A stretch of 63,935 bases of DNA, the filler included, from Collodictyon triciliatum (Eukaryota), in the NCBI GenBank assembly GCA_043381765.1. It is 5 parts of 5 records of this genome, joined end to end, with 100 filler letters (N's around TTAATTAATTAA, not from the genome) between each part and the next. Parts side by side here need not be neighbours in the genome. Positions count along the whole stretch, not along the records: positions 57,605 to 63,935 come from JBHJMP010001851.1; 4 more parts are not named here. The stretch is one strand, 5' to 3'. Below, in pieces: positions 60,388 through 63,935 of this stretch. Position numbers and translations under genes: made by a program. Each line of letters opens with the position of its first letter. Position 1 is the stretch's first letter. The notes under the pieces are model-generated. The model saw only the letters and a list, made by a program, of their open reading frames with translations. It was not told the origin of the DNA and did no database searches.

Positions 60388-61402
60388 ATGATCGTCCCAA
60401 AGAAGGATCGCCTCGCTGTCTACAGATACCTCCTCCAAGGTCAGTGCACACAATTTTTGCCCACACCACTAGGAGGCAAGCTTGCTATCCAATCAACCAG
60501 AGCCCTTGAAGGACTCTTTCTTCCCTCTTATCTAACTGCGCAGTAGCAAAAGTCTCAGTCCCTCCCCTTAATTTTTTTTTTTTTTTTGCTGGGTTTAGTT
60601 CAAAGAGTGCCTGGCTCCTCCTCCTCCCTTTTTTTTTTTTTTTGTTTCTGCTCCTTCCTTTTCCTCTCCCTCTTTCGACTCTGTGGTCATATCGTGTCTC
60701 TGACAAAAGGGAGCACACTTTTCTGAGCCACAAGCTGTCAGGAAGCATACACACACACGCACACAAAAAAAAAATGGAAAAAAAAAAAAGAAACCCCCTA
60801 TACTCACGCACGCAACACCTCTGGTGACTCTGCCGCGCAGAGGGAGTGCTCGTTGCCCCCAAGGACTTCAACAAGCCCAAGCACGACATCCTCGATGTCC
60901 CCAACCTCTACGTGCTAAAGCTCCTGCAGTCCCTCAACTCGCGCGGCTACGTCAAGACGCAGTTCAGCTGGCAATGGTACTACTACTTCCTGACAGACGA
61001 GGGCCTCGTCTACCTGCGCCAGTTCCTGCGCACGCCCGAGGACGTCATCCCCAACACCCACAAGAAGACCGAGCGCGCCGTCCCCTCGCACATCCGCGAG
61101 TCCCGCGACAGTACGTATTCACTCCGTCCCTTTGCGAATTCACACATTCTCCCACTCTACCTATCTGTGTCTGTCGTTCTGTCTATCTCACTGATTCGCC
61201 CGCAGGATATCCCCGCCGCCAGGACGGTGAAGGCAAGAACATCGCCCCGGGCTCCGACTTCAACCCTGAGTTCCGCGGCGCCGGCCGTGGCACCGGCCCC
61301 CGCACCTTCAACCGCAGCGGCGCCGGCGAGTCCAGCGGCGCTGAGCCGCGCCAACCCCGCCCCTTCGGCCGCGGCCGCACAGACGCCCCCGCCTCCGCGT
61401 AA
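60388..61402 (+). CDS. RPS10: 40S ribosomal protein S10 (eS10)
   Basis: MIVPKKDRLAVYRYLLQ|EGVLVAPKD...VPNLYVLKLLQSLNSRGYVKTQFSWQWYYYFLTDEGLVYLR...PGSDFNPEFRGAGRG; three exons; AATAAA after the stop. Confidence 0.97.
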
Positions 61403-61499
61403 GCGCCCCACCCCTCAATAAACAGAGCCCGTTTCCTGTCGCCCTGCCGTCTGCTTTCGTTCTGCCACGGGCTTGCCTGGCAGGCGCGGGTGCTTTTAT

Positions 61500-63935
61500 T
61501 CACTTGGGGAGCAGGGCCAGCAGCAGGTCGCCGGCCTTGACCTCGTCGCCCGGGGCAACCGCCAGACCCTGGACGCGGCCGGCCGCCGGGGCCTTGACGA
61601 CAGTCTCCATCTTCATGGCGGACAGGACGAGCAGCGGCTGGTTGGCGGCAACAGCCTCGTTCTCGCGCACGCGCACAGCCACGACGGCGCCGCCCATCGG
61701 CGCTGCAACAGCCGCACCGTGCACGGGCCGCCCCGCCTCGGGCTTCTGGCGGACGCCGGCTGTCGGCGCCACGGCCCGGTCGCGCACAGTCACGGCCCGC
61801 GGCTGCCCGTTGACGCGCATGTGGACGGTGACCATGCCGTCGGCGCTCGGGCGGGGCGTGAGTGCGAGCAGCTGCACAGCCAGCGTCTTGCCGCGCTCCA
61901 GCTCGATGTGCGCCTCCTCGCCCAGGCGCAGCGGGCCCAGGAACAGCGGCGTCGGCAGCACCGTGACCGGCCCAAACAGCCCCCGCTTCTGCTGCAGCTC
62001 TGCAAAGACCTGCGGGTACTGCGCCGCACTTGGGGCCGCCCCGTGGAGAATGGTGTGTGGTGAGTTGCGTGTGTGCTTCTTGACTCGGCTGCACCGCACT
62101 CGCTCTTACCTCAGCAGGTCGCCCTCGGAAAGCGGCGCCCCGTACTTGGCCGTGCTGCTTTCTTGGAGCTGCTCAAAGTCGAATGGCGGCATGCTTGCTC
62201 CTGGTCGGCCTGGGATGGGGGTTATGTGGCATGGTATTGTTGCTGTTGCTGTTGCTGTTGCCGTTGTCACTGGGATGAAAGAGACGGAATGGATAAGGAA
62301 GAATTGCTAGCTTTTACCCTCCGTGACTCGCGATGATGACTTGACGACGCGGCTGCGGAATGGCTCGGGAAATCCCCCGTGTGGCTCGCCAAGGTTGCCC
62401 TCAAGGAAGTCGACCACGCTGGCAGGGAGTGACAGGGATTCGGCCTGGGCCACGAGGTCTTGCTCGCTTAGCTGTCAGTCGAGAGGGTGGTTGGTTAGTT
62501 GGGCCACACACGCGACGTGTTTGGTGGCAAGAGAGAGAGAGAGAAAGAGAAATAAAGACAGAAGAAAAAAAAAGGATGGAAAGAACCACCTTGTTCTGAA
62601 CCATGAACTGGGCAAGGTCTCCGACAACCTTGGATGAGGGAGTGACCTGTGTGGTGGCGGAGTGTGATGTGGTATTACGTAATATCGCGACAGAGTCCGG
62701 AGTCTGACGAGGCTGGGCAAACCTTGACAATGTCGCCCAGGACGCGGTTCGCAGCCGCATAGGCCTTCTTGATGGCGGGCCATTCCGCTGCGAGGCCCAG
62801 TGACTGTGCCTGGAACTGCAGGTTCGTGTACTAGTGTTTGTGGTGGGCGTGTTCGTCAGTGGGGTGGCTTTGTGGCTTTGTGGCTTTGTGGTTCACCTGT
62901 CCTCCTGGCATCTCGTGGTCGTATACCTCGGCACTCCCGCTGTCAAGATTATGTTATTCATGATGTCGGATTAGTTATTTGGGCTATTTTATTTATTTGT
63001 GCGAGTCTTGCTATAAATCGATTGTGTTGTTATTTAGCCAAAAAGAAGAAAAAGACCTTTTGATTGTCGATTCAAAAGGGGCGTAATGCGTTCGCACAAC
63101 TTCCCAATAGTCATTCAGCTCCTAAAGAATATGCACAAATTACAAAGACACTCACGCCTATGGGAGAGAGCAGGATGGGGCGCATCCATACACGGGGGAG
63201 GAAAAAGGACATCGATTGCCGAGAAAACGAAATAATGTGACATGGCATAGCAGAGTATGCATGTATTTGACGCGAATAAATTGGCACAGTGAATCCAGAG
63301 AGATTGATGCCACAGTTGAGCTCCTTCTGGTGGATGATGGCCCCCATGGATGGCTACCATCAATTTTTTTTTGTGTTATTTTTTTCAGTGACAATTCGTT
63401 GTGTAAATAGAGCTATAGGTGGACTTTAGATACAAATACTCGATTATGTTTTTTTTAAAAAAAATAAATAAATAAAATAGATATATCAATAAGCGAAAGG
63501 AAAAAATCACAGATGGAAGAAAAAGAAATTGCATCATAAAAATATGTATCACCTGTGATGTCAAACCACTCATCGAATCGATAGCAACATCAACAATATC
63601 AGCACCGGCCTTGGGTCAGTGAGAAAAAAATATTTCAAGATCCCCAAATAGTACAGGGTACGTAAATTAACAACAATTAATAAGCCGCTCAAAATTTTAT
63701 GGTTTATCTTTGGACATAGGACGCAAGCATTGTTTACATCGATTAGATTTAATCAAATAAAATGGGTGGTATACATCAGCACATTACTACCTTATATGCA
63801 GCAATCATAGAGGCAACTCCCGTTCCAGCGGTGTCGTGGGTATGTACATGAATAGGGGTGTTGGGGAATTCTATACACAAGGGGGGGGGGGGGGGGAAAA
63901 AAAAAATTTTTTAATTTTCTCAAAAAAAAGAAAAA
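61500..63935 (-). CDS. PC: Pyruvate carboxylase, 3' part (5'-partial)
   Basis: [94 protein letters not shown], and biotinyl domain SAMKMET. Confidence 0.96.

Noticed and set aside
60640-60760. Possible H/ACA snoRNA in RPS10 intron 1
   Set aside because: Some hairpin potential, but no convincing H box (ANANNA), and ACA occurs only within a CA repeat.
61183-62310. Overlapping long ORFs in several frames
   Set aside because: Stop-poor alternative frames of GC-rich RPS10/pyruvate carboxylase exons.

Overview
Eukaryotic, AT-rich, intron-rich genomic DNA, probably from a protist or other microbial eukaryote (species not identifiable here). The window is not contiguous. Four identical 100-bp linkers (N44-TTAATTAATTAA-N44) join five contigs, the three complete ones each about 14.1-14.4 kb, so adjacency across linkers is artificial. 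Recognisable genes, mostly spliced: a WD40 protein with a C-terminal PDZ domain, URC4/DUF1688, CDK11 (PITSLRE), DHX34, an unknown multi-pass membrane protein, a protoglobin-type sensor globin, a membrane adenylyl cyclase, NAC-alpha, an intronless 714-aa membrane protein, IWR1, RRN3, RPS10 and the 3' part of pyruvate carboxylase. Decayed elements not apparent from the ORF track: (i) a disrupted Fanzor1 (eukaryotic TnpB-like RNA-guided nuclease) gene, followed immediately by G-U-rich hairpins that look like an omegaRNA scaffold; (ii) a Helitron PIF1-helicase remnant; (iii) three LINE fragments; (iv) an LRR pseudogene; (v) a dispersed family of 24-37-bp inserts matching a LINE 3' tail, several flanked by 16-17-bp target-site duplications. 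Exon boundaries and homology calls were made by eye, and no database searches were run.
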